A DNA stretch of 64,000 bases from a virus. Taxonomy: Duplodnaviria > Caudoviricetes. A model generated the notes under the pieces. It did not search any database. It saw only the letters and a list, made by a program, of their open reading frames with translations, and was not told where the DNA came from. The position numbers and the translations under genes were made by a program. The first letter of the stretch is position 1; each line of letters starts with the position of its first letter. Positions 8,032 to 18,417 of this stretch are shown here, piece after piece. The stretch is taken from IMG/VR virus record IMGVR_UViG_3300012933_000199, positions 2,616-66,615 of that record; one strand, 5' to 3'.

Positions 8032-8736
8032 ATGGCTAGAATAAGTACATATCCGGTAGACAATAGAATAATACCAGATGATAAGGTATTAGGTACTGAC
8101 GCAACGGGATTAGGCACAAAGAACTATACTTTCCAAGGCATAGTCAATTGGCTTAATGCAACTGGAGCTGTGGCTATAAACGGGCAGAACAACTATTTCT
8201 TTCAAAGTGTTGTAGCGGAAACTGGTAGATTGCAAGGTACTATAAGTTTTAATTCTTTCGGAGGCGTAGGTGTTCAGTTTTCTAATATAAACGGTTTTAT
8301 GTTAGCTGAACAAGCTGCTTCTGGCTATACATTGGAAGATTACTTACCTATATTAGTAGGCAAACAAATTATGCTTGCACAGTTAGATAACTTAGATAAC
8401 TTTGCAATATACGATGTTATCAGTTTAGAAAGAGATGATACTGAAACGGAATTCTTTAACATTGTTCTTGGATTTAAACAAGGTAACGGTGCATTAGAAC
8501 TAGATAAATTCTACGGTATATCTCTATATGCTGGAAATGGTGATAAGACTTTCGTTTTTAATCAATCTACACCGGCAAACCCTTGGACAATAAACCACGG
8601 ATTAAATAAATTCCCATCGGTAACAATGGCATTGTCAACAGGACAAGTCGGTATTGCTGATGTTACCTATATAGACCCAAATAACTTAACAATAACTTTT
8701 GCTGGAGATGAATCCGGTAAAGCATACATGAACTAA
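8032..8736 (+). CDS. Virion structural / tail fibre-associated protein
   Basis: Starts MARISTYP; C-terminal WTINHGLNKFPSVT beta module; located in the fibre cluster. Confidence 0.7.
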   Translation: MARISTYPVDNRIIPDDKVLGTDATGLGTKNYTFQGIVNWLNATGAVAINGQNNYFFQSVVAETGRLQGTISFNSFGGVGVQFSNINGFMLAEQAASGYTLEDYLPILVGKQIMLAQLDNLDNFAIYDVISLERDDTETEFFNIVLGFKQGNGALELDKFYGISLYAGNGDKTFVFNQSTPANPWTINHGLNKFPSVTMALSTGQVGIADVTYIDPNNLTITFAGDESGKAYMN

Positions 8737-8738
8737 CT

Positions 8739-10022
8739 ATGGCAATACAGTTTTTAAATAACTTAGATTTAAACGACAACCAGTTACTGAACGCTAAAGT
8801 TCAGGTTGCGTCATCAGCCCCTACTGCTGCTAAAGGTCAGATATACCTTGATAGCACAACAAACGTAAACACATTAAAATATCACGACGGATCAGGTTGG
8901 ATTGGATTAAAACAATTAAACCTAAACAATAGCGGATTTATCAATCTAACAAACCTAAGCGCAACAGGTAGCAACGTAATTAGTTTACAAGCTAGCTTAA
9001 ACGCAACAGGTACACCGGATATTACAAAATTCCTAAGAGGTGATAATACATGGTCACTTATTAGTGATATATATTCATTCTTCGTAAGTGATGGAACAAC
9101 TTCTAGCGAAGTATTAAATGAGCAAACAGTAACGTTCAGCGGAACTGCTAATGAGGTAAATGTATCTCAAGCAGGTAGAACTGTTACAATTGGATTACCT
9201 GACGATGTTAGCCTAATTGGCGAACTTACTGTTTTAGGTACTGGTCAATCTAGTTTTGCCGGACAAGTTACAATTCCTACAACACCAGTTGCTTCTACAG
9301 ATGCTGCAAGTAAAGCTTACGTTGATGCTGCAGTTGCAGGAGGATTAGTATACCAAGGAGGATATAACGCGGCTACTAATACACCTAACTTAGATTCACC
9401 ACCAACTGGTACTATTAAGAAAGGTTTTATGTGGACTGTTACCGCTGATGGTACATTCTTCACGGAACAATTAAGAATAGGTGATTCTGTAATAGCGGAA
9501 GTTGATTCACCAACTACATTAGCTGATTGGACAACTGTTCAAGGTAATGTTGATTTAGCTACACTTACTACTGTTGGTATTGGTAATGTTAATGCTGGAG
9601 ACGGCGTTGGTGTTGCTTATTCAAACGGTACAGCTACTGTAACAAATACCGATAAGGGTTCTTCTCAAAATATATTTAAAAATATTGCTGTATCAGGGCA
9701 ATCAACTGTTGTAGCTGAATCAAATGACGATACCTTAACTTTAGTGGCAGGTAACGCGATTGCGATTACAACAAACGCATCGTCAGATACAATTACTATT
9801 GCATCAACATATACACCGCCTACTACGTCATACGCTGTTACAATTTCTGCTACTGCGACTATAACACATAGTTTAAATACAAAAGACGTAATAGTACAAT
9901 TATATGATACAGTAACTTCTGACACAGTATATGCTGATATAACAAGAGCAACAGTAGACACAGTTACAGTAACATTTGCTTCAACACCATCTAATCCAAT
10001 TAGAGTATTGGTACAAAAATAA
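8739..10022 (+). CDS. Tail fibre / whisker protein
   Basis: G/T/A-rich; DAASKAYVD fibre motif; YQGGYNAATNTP motif; C-terminal ITHSLNTKDVIVQLYD module. Confidence 0.8.
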   Translation: MAIQFLNNLDLNDNQLLNAKVQVASSAPTAAKGQIYLDSTTNVNTLKYHDGSGWIGLKQLNLNNSGFINLTNLSATGSNVISLQASLNATGTPDITKFLRGDNTWSLISDIYSFFVSDGTTSSEVLNEQTVTFSGTANEVNVSQAGRTVTIGLPDDVSLIGELTVLGTGQSSFAGQVTIPTTPVASTDAASKAYVDAAVAGGLVYQGGYNAATNTPNLDSPPTGTIKKGFMWTVTADGTFFTEQLRIGDSVIAEVDSPTTLADWTTVQGNVDLATLTTVGIGNVNAGDGVGVAYSNGTATVTNTDKGSSQNIFKNIAVSGQSTVVAESNDDTLTLVAGNAIAITTNASSDTITIASTYTPPTTSYAVTISATATITHSLNTKDVIVQLYDTVTSDTVYADITRATVDTVTVTFASTPSNPIRVLVQK

Positions 10023-10032
10023 AATATAATAT

Positions 10033-13000
10033 ATGAAATTTAAAAGTAATATAGAGGCTCAGGCTAAAGTATTTATAGGGGACCTGGGTTCAGCTAATGC
10101 TACTAGGTTTCCAAATGCTTTATCTGTAACTAGTGTAGTTCCGTCAGGAGTACAACATAATGAATCGCTATATATCGGTTCGATTTCAGAAGCTTTAAGT
10201 ATAGGTAATACTTGGGCTAGTGGTATCTACGGAGTTGGATACACAAACTCAACTGGCACCGGTAGAGGTACAGGAGTTACAGGAGAAGGGCACGTTTCCG
10301 CAGCTGGTGACACAGGCGTAGCGGTAGGGGTACGCGGGTATGCGATTGATGCACATACAGGAAACTACAATATTGGTTTATATGGTGATGCTGAGAATGG
10401 GGATGCTGGATTAACTTACGGAGGTAATGTTTCTCTATTCCTAGCTAATGGTAACATTGTAACATCATCTGCTGCAGCTAAGACATGGTACCTTGGTGGT
10501 AACTTAATATTTAATGGGCAAGGTACAGCTAAAACAATAAGTGTAACAAACGGCGCTAAATTTGATTTTGGAGGAACAGCTTCTCAACTAGTTGCCGCGG
10601 ATGGAACTTTAATATCAGCAGGCACAGGAATATCAATAAGCGGAGGCACTATATCTTCAACCGTTGTTGGAGGTGTAACCTCTTTCAATACAAGAACAGG
10701 GGCGGTAACATTAACGTCTGGAGATGTAACGACCGCTTTAGGTTACGCACCCGTTACCAATGCAAGAACATTGACAATAAACGGGGTTTCTTATGACTTA
10801 TCCGCAAATAGAAGCTGGACAGTAAGCGGAACAGTAACATCTGGGATTAGTATAACTTCAGCTGGGTCAGCTAGTAATACCCCAACAACACCTTCTGTAA
10901 ATATCGGAATGTATGTTGACACATACGCATTTATAGACTTATCTACGGCTGACACAAATGGAAGTTGGATTGACTTTAGTAAAGCTAATGGTACAGACTA
11001 CGGGGGAAGAATAAGATATAATAATGGAAGTGATTACTTTAGTATATCAGCTGGAGCTAATGAACAGGTAAGAATATTTAGTTCAAACGCAGAAGCATTG
11101 GGTTCTTTTAGAGCACCTATATTCTACGACTCAAATAACACAGCTTATTATTTAAACCCAAATGGGCAAAGTATATTTGGCGGAGGTGATCAATATGTTT
11201 TAAGCCTGCAACATTCAGCTGTGCAAGGAGATTTTGTTGACGCGTTATTTGTTCAAAATAGCGAATCAGGCGGCAGAGTTCAAATTGGTATGTCTGCAAA
11301 TGGATCAGACGGTCAACATCACAGAGCATCTTTAAGAGCCTACAAAGGAGCTGGTTACCTAGAAGGAACTTTTGGTATTGCTTTAAGACAAGGAAGTGGC
11401 GCACATACTCAAAGACTGACATTAACATCTCCAGGTGATTTGACAGTAGACTCTTCTATGAGAGCTCCTACATTTTACGATTCAAATAATACTGCATATT
11501 ACGGTGATTTTGCTTCAACTAGCAATTTTAACCAATTATTACTAAATAATCAAAATAGTTTTAATACTACAACACCGGGTTTAACCTCTTACGGTTTAAC
11601 ATTAATGGGTGGAACTGCTGATTATGCAAATGGTATAATTTGGACCTGGGGCAATACAAATGCTCAAGCCGGTGTATATGTTCAAAGCTCTGGAGCTTAT
11701 GGTACTAAAATGTATCTTGCTACAACAGATTCATTTGCAACAGGAGCTAAAACCGCTATGACAATTGACCATTCTGGTAATGTTAGTTTGAACAGGGGTA
11801 CATTTAGCAACGGTTCGGTTTGGATTAATAACGGAGCCAACAATAACGCTTATAATGAAAACATAAGGTTATTTAACGCTCCGAATGGAGTTTCAGTAAT
11901 AGCTTTCGGAGCATCAGGTACATCAGGAACACCACAGTCAGCTATATTGGGTTATTCTGATAGATATGAAGTTAGAGTTGGGGCAGGTAATCAATGGCAA
12001 CAAAGAAGTTATGATGGTTATACTGAAATATATGGATCTTCAAGAGCTCCTTTATTCTATGACTCAAACAATACTGGGTATTATGTAGATCCAGCTTCAA
12101 CGTCGAATTGTAATGTTGTAAACACAGCTGGTTATAGTAATGCGAATTATGGATATAGAATTTTTAGAAATATTGGTAATTTAGCATCTTGGCAAGAGGG
12201 TTATCATCAACTTACATTAGTAAATAGTGATGCTGGGTATGTAACATTAAATTTTCATAGATCTGGATACACTAGCAATAATATTTATTACAATGGTAAC
12301 TTTTACGTAGACGCTTTTTTAGAATCAAATTCATCATTAAGAGCCCCTATATTTTACGATTCAAATAACACAGGTTATTATGCAGATCCCGCTGGGACAA
12401 GTAACTTTGCTACAATACAAACGGCTGGATTATTAGTTGGTTATGGACAGTCATATTCTAGTGTTGATATGTATGATGGGGATGAGGGTACCAGAACAAT
12501 GCATTGCAACTCTAACCGAATTGGGTTTTTAAATCAAGCCGGGTCATGGGGTTCTTGGTCTCAAGATAATGGTAACTGGATAAGCACCACCGACATGCAA
12601 TCCCCAATATTCTATGACTACAATAATACCGGTTATTATGTAGACCCGAGTAATATAAGTGTCATGTATGACGCTCAATTTGGAGATAATTCAAATGGTA
12701 ATCAAGGGATAGCTATATATTACGGTAATCAAACAAGCGGATATGGTAGAATAAGATTTTATCAAGGAGGAAGTAATCACAGTACGATTCACTCTTTTTC
12801 AGCTAACTGGCAAGGAGGAGGGTTTGGTACAACAAATTCAGCGGGAGCTATAAACATTGATGGTGCTGCCGGAGTAACTTTTGGAAGTTGGAATTCTTGT
12901 GATGCATACATACAAAGAGGAGGTAATTTCTGGTGTAGATATGATGTTATAGCTTATTCTGATGCTAGAGTAAAAGATAATGTAGAAGTTATTCCGAATG

Positions 13001-13254
13001 CTTTAGATAAAATTAGCAAAGTTAGAGGAGTAACATTTACTAGAAATGATTACGAAGACAAAGAAAAAAGACACACAGGAGTAATTGCTCAAGAACTATT
13101 AAAAGTATTGCCAGAAGCTGTTACAAAAGATTCTGATGGTATGTACTCTGTATCTTATGGTAACTTAGCTGGCTTATTCATTGAGGCAATAAAAGAACAA
13201 CAAACACAAATAGAAGAATTAAAAGAATTAGTAAATAAATTAATAAATAAATAA
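10033..13254 (+). CDS. Long modular tail fibre (receptor-binding) with a C-terminal peptidase S74 intramolecular chaperone
   Basis: Five RAPIFYDSNNT(A/G)YY-type repeats; C-terminal YSDARVKDN...LDKISKVRGVTF...GVIAQE...YGNL plus a coiled coil. Confidence 0.9.
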   Translation: MKFKSNIEAQAKVFIGDLGSANATRFPNALSVTSVVPSGVQHNESLYIGSISEALSIGNTWASGIYGVGYTNSTGTGRGTGVTGEGHVSAAGDTGVAVGVRGYAIDAHTGNYNIGLYGDAENGDAGLTYGGNVSLFLANGNIVTSSAAAKTWYLGGNLIFNGQGTAKTISVTNGAKFDFGGTASQLVAADGTLISAGTGISISGGTISSTVVGGVTSFNTRTGAVTLTSGDVTTALGYAPVTNARTLTINGVSYDLSANRSWTVSGTVTSGISITSAGSASNTPTTPSVNIGMYVDTYAFIDLSTADTNGSWIDFSKANGTDYGGRIRYNNGSDYFSISAGANEQVRIFSSNAEALGSFRAPIFYDSNNTAYYLNPNGQSIFGGGDQYVLSLQHSAVQGDFVDALFVQNSESGGRVQIGMSANGSDGQHHRASLRAYKGAGYLEGTFGIALRQGSGAHTQRLTLTSPGDLTVDSSMRAPTFYDSNNTAYYGDFASTSNFNQLLLNNQNSFNTTTPGLTSYGLTLMGGTADYANGIIWTWGNTNAQAGVYVQSSGAYGTKMYLATTDSFATGAKTAMTIDHSGNVSLNRGTFSNGSVWINNGANNNAYNENIRLFNAPNGVSVIAFGASGTSGTPQSAILGYSDRYEVRVGAGNQWQQRSYDGYTEIYGSSRAPLFYDSNNTGYYVDPASTSNCNVVNTAGYSNANYGYRIFRNIGNLASWQEGYHQLTLVNSDAGYVTLNFHRSGYTSNNIYYNGNFYVDAFLESNSSLRAPIFYDSNNTGYYADPAGTSNFATIQTAGLLVGYGQSYSSVDMYDGDEGTRTMHCNSNRIGFLNQAGSWGSWSQDNGNWISTTDMQSPIFYDYNNTGYYVDPSNISVMYDAQFGDNSNGNQGIAIYYGNQTSGYGRIRFYQGGSNHSTIHSFSANWQGGGFGTTNSAGAINIDGAAGVTFGSWNSCDAYIQRGGNFWCRYDVIAYSDARVKDNVEVIPNALDKISKVRGVTFTRNDYEDKEKRHTGVIAQELLKVLPEAVTKDSDGMYSVSYGNLAGLFIEAIKEQQTQIEELKELVNKLINK

Positions 13255-13255
13255 T

Positions 13256-13618
13256 ATGGCAATTACTTACACATTTTTAACAGATGACACAATGCAACTG
13301 GAAATAGCTCCAGTATTAGGGGATTTAACAGATGTAGTTACACGCGTAAGATACCAATACGTTGGCGTAAACGAGGATGGTGTTGACGGAACTTTTAACG
13401 GAGCAACACCTATGCCGTTACCAGAAGATACTGAAAACTATATTCCGTTTGCTGATTTAACAGCTGATGAGGTTGTAGCGTGGCTAGAAGCGGTAGCTGA
13501 TATTACTCATATGCAAGAAAGAATTGCAAAGCAAATTGAAGCTAAAATTAACCCTAAGTACGAACCGGTTCCATCTCCGTGGTTACCGCCAACACCTCCA
13601 GTTCCACCAACAGCATAA
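13256..13618 (+). CDS. Tail fibre assembly chaperone-like protein
   Basis: Directly follows the fibre; PFADLTADEVVAWLE motif is typical of such proteins. Confidence 0.65.
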   Translation: MAITYTFLTDDTMQLEIAPVLGDLTDVVTRVRYQYVGVNEDGVDGTFNGATPMPLPEDTENYIPFADLTADEVVAWLEAVADITHMQERIAKQIEAKINPKYEPVPSPWLPPTPPVPPTA

Positions 13619-13630
13619 ATAAAATAAACT

Positions 13631-14023
13631 ATGGCATTACCAACCTCGGGCCCTTTGTCTATAGATCAAATTCGTGCAATATTAAGTACATCTAGTGGAT
13701 CACTTAGGTATTTAAGCAGTCTTGCAGGAAAAAGCACTCCTGACGCTATATCTGAATTTTACGGGTATAGCCCTCCTGTATCATGTACCAATACTTCTTT
13801 TGGATATAATAGAACAAACTATAATTCAGCTTGTTCGAATTACAATTTTGGTATTCTTACAGGAGTTGGTATGGTGGGAAGCACTCTTGCAGATGCTACA
13901 AGTTTAAAAAGAGCAGATTGTAGTAATACTATTCTAGCTGCGACTGGGTATTATTCTAACGGAGTTATAGCTAGATATTGGAATGGATCTGCATTTACAA
14001 CTCAATTTGACTGTATTGTATAA
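13631..14023 (+). CDS. Small virion (fibre-tip or decoration) protein
   Basis: The MALPTSGPLSI...ISEFYG N-terminus is common in phage virion proteins; Cys-bracketed C-terminal domain. Confidence 0.65.
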   Translation: MALPTSGPLSIDQIRAILSTSSGSLRYLSSLAGKSTPDAISEFYGYSPPVSCTNTSFGYNRTNYNSACSNYNFGILTGVGMVGSTLADATSLKRADCSNTILAATGYYSNGVIARYWNGSAFTTQFDCIV

Positions 14024-14037
14024 ATAAAACAAAAATA

Positions 14038-14175
14038 ATGGCAAAAGTAAAAAACGAATCTATTAAATTAGATGTAAAAAAAATAAGTCGACCAGGTGTG
14101 CACGCTAAGTCAAAAACATCTAGTTTAAAGGAGTCAAAAAATTATAAGAAATCATATAAAGGCCAAGGAAGATAA
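14038..14175 (+). CDS. Small basic hypothetical protein, 45 aa
   Basis: Manual translation MAKVKNESIK...RPGVHAKSKTS...YKKSYKGQGR*; its stop overlaps the holin ATG. Confidence 0.7.
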   Translation: MAKVKNESIKLDVKKISRPGVHAKSKTSSLKESKNYKKSYKGQGR

Positions 14176-14609
14176 TGCGATATATTAATTACATCATAAC
14201 GTCTATATTATTATTGTTTGTGCCTATATATGGTTTACTTGTAGCCGTTGGAGCTTCAATAGTATTAGATACTTTTACAGGAATATTTAAAAGCGTAAGA
14301 TTAAATGGATGGGCAAGCATTCGTAGTAGAAAGTTATCTAACGTAATAAGCAAAATGGCATTATACGAAATATGTATATTGTTTTTATTTGTTATGGATA
14401 AATACGTTCTCAATGAATTTGTTAAGCATGCGTTTGGCTTTGATTTTATGTTTACTAAAGTATGCGCGATAGTTTTAATATTTGTAGAATTAGTTTCTGT
14501 AAAAGAAAATATAGAAGAAACTTTTAAAATAGATATTTGGGCATTGTTAAAGAAAGCTTTAAACAGAGCAAAAGAAGCTAAAGAAGATATAACTGAAATA
14601 ACAAAGTAA
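14175..14609 (+). CDS. Holin (multi-TM)
   Basis: Three hydrophobic segments, DTFTG motif and charged C-terminus; translationally coupled to the endolysin. Confidence 0.75.
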   Translation: MRYINYIITSILLLFVPIYGLLVAVGASIVLDTFTGIFKSVRLNGWASIRSRKLSNVISKMALYEICILFLFVMDKYVLNEFVKHAFGFDFMFTKVCAIVLIFVELVSVKENIEETFKIDIWALLKKALNRAKEAKEDITEITK

Positions 14610-15073
14610 TGACTACTCAGCAAATAACTAAGAAGTACGGAACACCAAATGAAACTGGCAATGGTTATTTAGTGAAAATACAATTGCCTTACCCTATGAG
14701 ATTAGCTTGGGATACAGATACTGTTGTTAATAGTATGATGTGCCATAAACTAGTTGCTAATAATTTCTTAGCAGTATTCAATGAGATACATAGAGTATAT
14801 GGTTATAACAAAATAAAAGAACTGGGTATTGATTTATTTGGTGGTTGTTTTAACTATAGAAAAATGAGAGGTGGTAATTCATGGTCAACTCATTCTTGGG
14901 GTATTGCTATTGATTTAGATCCAGCTAGGAATCTTTTAAAAGAAACTTCTAAGACAGCTAGATTTGCAAGACCTGAATATAAGGCTATGATTGATATATT
15001 TTATAAACATGGCTTTGAATCATTAGGTAGAGAAAAAAATTACGATTGGATGCACTTTCAAATAAAAGAATAA
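14609..15073 (+). CDS. Endolysin, M15-family (L-Ala-D-Glu type) peptidase
   Basis: [20 protein letters not shown] and DWMHFQ zinc-binding motifs. Confidence 0.9.
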   Translation: MTTQQITKKYGTPNETGNGYLVKIQLPYPMRLAWDTDTVVNSMMCHKLVANNFLAVFNEIHRVYGYNKIKELGIDLFGGCFNYRKMRGGNSWSTHSWGIAIDLDPARNLLKETSKTARFARPEYKAMIDIFYKHGFESLGREKNYDWMHFQIKE

Positions 15074-15543
15074 TGAAAAAACTATTTATAATATTAGTAT
15101 TATTGATTTCCTCTTGCGGCGCCAGAAAAGTTGCTATTGTAAAAGAAGACACTAAAATTACAACAGACAGTGTTGCTGTTGTAAAAATTGATGGTACTTA
15201 TACAAAAGATAATAATGTATTCATTAATACAACCACAGAGGAAGTAGAAATATGTCCTATAGTAGATTCTTTACCAATTACTGTAAACGGAGTGCAATAC
15301 AAAAACGTACGTATAAAGACCAAAAAAATAAATAGAACAGTAATTGATACGTCAAAGGTAAAAGCTTCTAAAAGCGTGCTTAAAACAGTTTCTAAAGCAA
15401 AATCTGAAAGCTCTTCGATCAGTAAAAAAGCAATTGATAAAAAAGAGAGTCTTGTAACTAACACATTTGTGTGGTTAATGGCTTTATTGTTATTTATTGT
15501 TGGAGGTGCATTAATAAGAAAGGCGTATAAAACATACATATAA
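15073..15543 (+). CDS. Lipoprotein with a C-terminal TM segment; spanin (u-spanin-like)
   Basis: [15 protein letters not shown] lipobox starts at 15073; hydrophobic C-terminal helix (FVWLMALLLFIVGGALI); follows the endolysin. Confidence 0.65.
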   Translation: MKKLFIILVLLISSCGARKVAIVKEDTKITTDSVAVVKIDGTYTKDNNVFINTTTEEVEICPIVDSLPITVNGVQYKNVRIKTKKINRTVIDTSKVKASKSVLKTVSKAKSESSSISKKAIDKKESLVTNTFVWLMALLLFIVGGALIRKAYKTYI

Positions 15544-15615
15544 CTAAAAAAATAAATTAGTTCGTAATAATACAATTGTAGACAATAATAATATACTTTA
15601 ATTAAATAAAATCAA

Positions 15616-17208
15616 ATGGAATTTAACTTACCAAGTCAGATTGTAAAAGACTTAAATTTTGGCGATACAGCCAAAGAAAGAATAATGAATGGCGTCGAAA
15701 AATTAGCAAGCGCAGTTAAGAGCACTTTAGGTGCTTCAGGAAAATGCGTAATATACGAAGACGCTATGGGTAGACCGGTGATAACAAAAGACGGTGTAAC
15801 CGTTGCAGAAAGCGTAGTCTTAATGGATCCGGTCGAAAATATAGGAGCAACTTTGATTAAAGAAGCTGCTGCTAATACTGTTAGAGAAGCCGGTGACGGT
15901 ACAACAACCGCTACCGTATTAGCTTACTCTTTATTAAAAAATATAAACGAGTACAAAGGTGAAGAAAAAATTAGAGATATTAAAAGAGGCATTACTGAAT
16001 GTGCTGAAGAAGTTATGCTTTACCTTAGTAATACCAGTGTACAGGTTGAAGGCGATATGCTACGACAAGTTGCTTACATTAGTTGTAATAACGACCAAGA
16101 GCTTGGCGATAAGATTGGAGAGGCTTTTGAAAAAGTTGGAAAGAATGGAGTCGTTTTAATGGAAGACTCTGAGACAAATGAAACTTACGTTGATTTTGTT
16201 GAAGGTACACAATTTGAGTCAGGCTTAAAGTCTCCTCATTTAATGACAGATAAAGATAAAGGAACTGCTGTTTTAGATAATCCTTACGTATTAATAGTAA
16301 GTTCAGCAATCCCAAATATAAGAAGAATACAAAGTATCCTTGAGCACGTTGTAAAAACAAAAAGAAGTTTATTAATTGTAGCATCGGTAGAACAACAACC
16401 ATACGCTACATTATTAGCTAATAAAGTAAAAGGTAACATCAAAGTAAATATTGTTGACTTACCAGGTTTTGGACCAACAAAGCAAGATACAATTGAAGAC
16501 TTAGCTATTTTAACCGGAGCACAAGTTATCAATGAAGAGTTAGGAGATGATTTAGATTTAATCGACATAAGTGTATTAGGAGAAGTAATCAAATCGGTTA
16601 CAGACTCTAAAAACACTATCTTACAGATTGCAGATCTTAATGAAGACCTTGACGAAAGAATAAAAGATGTTGAAGCAAAAATTGCTAAAGAATCAAACGG
16701 TTATATTAAAAAGAAATTAGAGCAAAGATTATCAATGCTTACTGGTAAAGTTGGCGTTCTATATGTAGGAGCTGACTCTGCTGTTGAATTAAAAGAAAAG
16801 AAAGATAGAGTAGATGATGCATTGCACGCTACTAAAGCTGCATTAACAGAAGGTATTGTACCAGGCGGAGGTGTTGCATTATTAAATGCTTCCCAAATCA
16901 TTGAGCCTAAAAATGTAGGTTACGAAATATTGTTAAAATCAATTCAAGCCCCCTATAAAACTATTCTAGAAAATGCCGGTTATGACGACATACTTAATCC
17001 TAAAGATTTTGTTGATTCTCAAACCGATCTAGAAGACAGAGAATGGAGAGGCGTTGGTATTGACGCTACTTGTGGTTGTTACAAAAATATGGTTAGCAAC
17101 GGGATTATCGATCCTGTATTAGTTACTAAGTCTGCATTAAAGAATGCAATTAGTGTTGCAACTACCATAACATCAGCTGATTGTATAATTTCAAATATGA
17201 GAAGCTAA
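15616..17208 (+). CDS. groL: Chaperonin GroEL (Cpn60)
   Basis: VKSTLGASG, ITKDGVTVAE, AGDGTTTATVLA and GIVPGGGVAL motifs; lacks the GGM tail. Confidence 0.97.
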   Translation: MEFNLPSQIVKDLNFGDTAKERIMNGVEKLASAVKSTLGASGKCVIYEDAMGRPVITKDGVTVAESVVLMDPVENIGATLIKEAAANTVREAGDGTTTATVLAYSLLKNINEYKGEEKIRDIKRGITECAEEVMLYLSNTSVQVEGDMLRQVAYISCNNDQELGDKIGEAFEKVGKNGVVLMEDSETNETYVDFVEGTQFESGLKSPHLMTDKDKGTAVLDNPYVLIVSSAIPNIRRIQSILEHVVKTKRSLLIVASVEQQPYATLLANKVKGNIKVNIVDLPGFGPTKQDTIEDLAILTGAQVINEELGDDLDLIDISVLGEVIKSVTDSKNTILQIADLNEDLDERIKDVEAKIAKESNGYIKKKLEQRLSMLTGKVGVLYVGADSAVELKEKKDRVDDALHATKAALTEGIVPGGGVALLNASQIIEPKNVGYEILLKSIQAPYKTILENAGYDDILNPKDFVDSQTDLEDREWRGVGIDATCGCYKNMVSNGIIDPVLVTKSALKNAISVATTITSADCIISNMRS

Positions 17209-17465
17209 TGCAAGCAGTAAACCACTTTATTATTATAGATAAAATTAAAGAGGCTCCCAAAACAATTGGGGGTCTTGAAATTACTCAAAGTCAAAACCAC
17301 GACGTTAGGTACTTAAAGGGTAATGTAGTCAGCGTAGGTAATAAGATTGATTTTTTAAAAGAAGGAGATGTTATTAGATACGATAAACACGCTGGTCATG
17401 GTATTGAATGGAATGATCATTTATACTTTGTCATAACTATTAACGATGTAGTTATCGTAGAATGA
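17208..17465 (+). CDS. groS: Co-chaperonin GroES (Cpn10)
   Basis: Start MQAVNHFIII overlaps the groEL stop; KTIGGLEI mobile loop, GNVVSVG and LKEGDVIRY motifs. Confidence 0.9.
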   Translation: MQAVNHFIIIDKIKEAPKTIGGLEITQSQNHDVRYLKGNVVSVGNKIDFLKEGDVIRYDKHAGHGIEWNDHLYFVITINDVVIVE

Positions 17466-17902
17466 GACTGTCTGCAAGCGACTTAAGAGATATGAATTTA
17501 TTCAAGTATTACAGGCTTGTTCGAAAGTGGGCTTGTAAAACTTATAATCTTACAGATGCTGATTTAGAATTATTAATTTATTTAGATTGTAAAAAGCAAT
17601 TTACACGTAATGATTTTATAGACGGAGCCTATACATACTCTTGGGATAAAGCAAGATGGGAACGTTTAAGACGTGAAGGTTGGATTGATATATGGAGAGC
17701 TAGAAATAGAACAACAATGAAATTCAATATATATCAAACGTCACAAAAAGGTAAACTACTAATATCAAGAATATATAACATATTACTTGGACAAGAAGAT
17801 CTACCAACGTCGAGCAGAAGTAAATTTTACAATAATAAAACATATACGGATAGAGTCTTTAATAAGGCTATAGACGACATGATTAAAGATAACGAAAGAT
17901 AA
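17462..17902 (+). CDS. Putative winged-helix DNA-binding protein
   Basis: LTDADLELLIYL...FTRNDF...LRREGWI...YQTSQKG pattern resembles MarR-like wHTH proteins. Confidence 0.5.
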   Translation: MRLSASDLRDMNLFKYYRLVRKWACKTYNLTDADLELLIYLDCKKQFTRNDFIDGAYTYSWDKARWERLRREGWIDIWRARNRTTMKFNIYQTSQKGKLLISRIYNILLGQEDLPTSSRSKFYNNKTYTDRVFNKAIDDMIKDNER

Positions 17903-17910
17903 AAAACATT

Positions 17911-18060
17911 ATGGCAATCAAAAAGAAAATTGTAGAAAAAGCGACTGGTGAAAAATATGCTTCTAAAGCAGCAATGGCTAAACACGAAAAGAAAGAAACA
18001 AAAGCTATGCAGAAAAAAGAAGTAATTAAAAAAACACCTGCTAAAATGAAAAAGTGCTAA
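17911..18060 (+). CDS. Small Lys-rich protein, 49 aa
   Basis: Manual translation MAIKKKIVEKATGEKYASKAAMAKHEKKE...KTPAKMKKC*. Confidence 0.75.
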   Translation: MAIKKKIVEKATGEKYASKAAMAKHEKKETKAMQKKEVIKKTPAKMKKC

Positions 18061-18061
18061 T

Positions 18062-18415
18062 ATGGCATTTAAGATGACACCTAAAAGTGCTTTAATGAAT
18101 TTACATGAAGCAACTTCAGAGTTCGGCACTCCTGTAATTAAAAAGAATGATTTAGAGCCAGGTGTTCAAGCTGAAGCTAATAGAGACGGCACAATATTTG
18201 TTGATGGTAAATTATCAGACAATAAAATTAAAGAAGCTGTTAAACACGAAAAAGTCCATTTAAACCAAATGGCACAAGGTAGATTACAATACTCAGACAG
18301 TTCTGTTATTTGGAAAAGAGATACAAAATCTCCTGCTAAAGTATATAGAAGAGGAGATATGAACGAAGGGCATCCTGATTTTGAATGGGAAGCGGAAGCT
18401 TATAAACAAGAATAA
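18062..18415 (+). CDS. Small zincin-like metallopeptidase
   Basis: HEKVH (HExxH) at 18245-18259 plus a downstream WEAEAY acidic ligand motif. Confidence 0.65.
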   Translation: MAFKMTPKSALMNLHEATSEFGTPVIKKNDLEPGVQAEANRDGTIFVDGKLSDNKIKEAVKHEKVHLNQMAQGRLQYSDSSVIWKRDTKSPAKVYRRGDMNEGHPDFEWEAEAYKQE

Positions 18416-18417
18416 TT

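Noticed and set aside
10033-13254. Diversity-generating retroelement or shufflon acting on the tail fibre
   Set aside because: No reverse transcriptase or invertase is present, there is no TR/VR pair differing at adenines, and the repeats are direct and diverged at synonymous sites.
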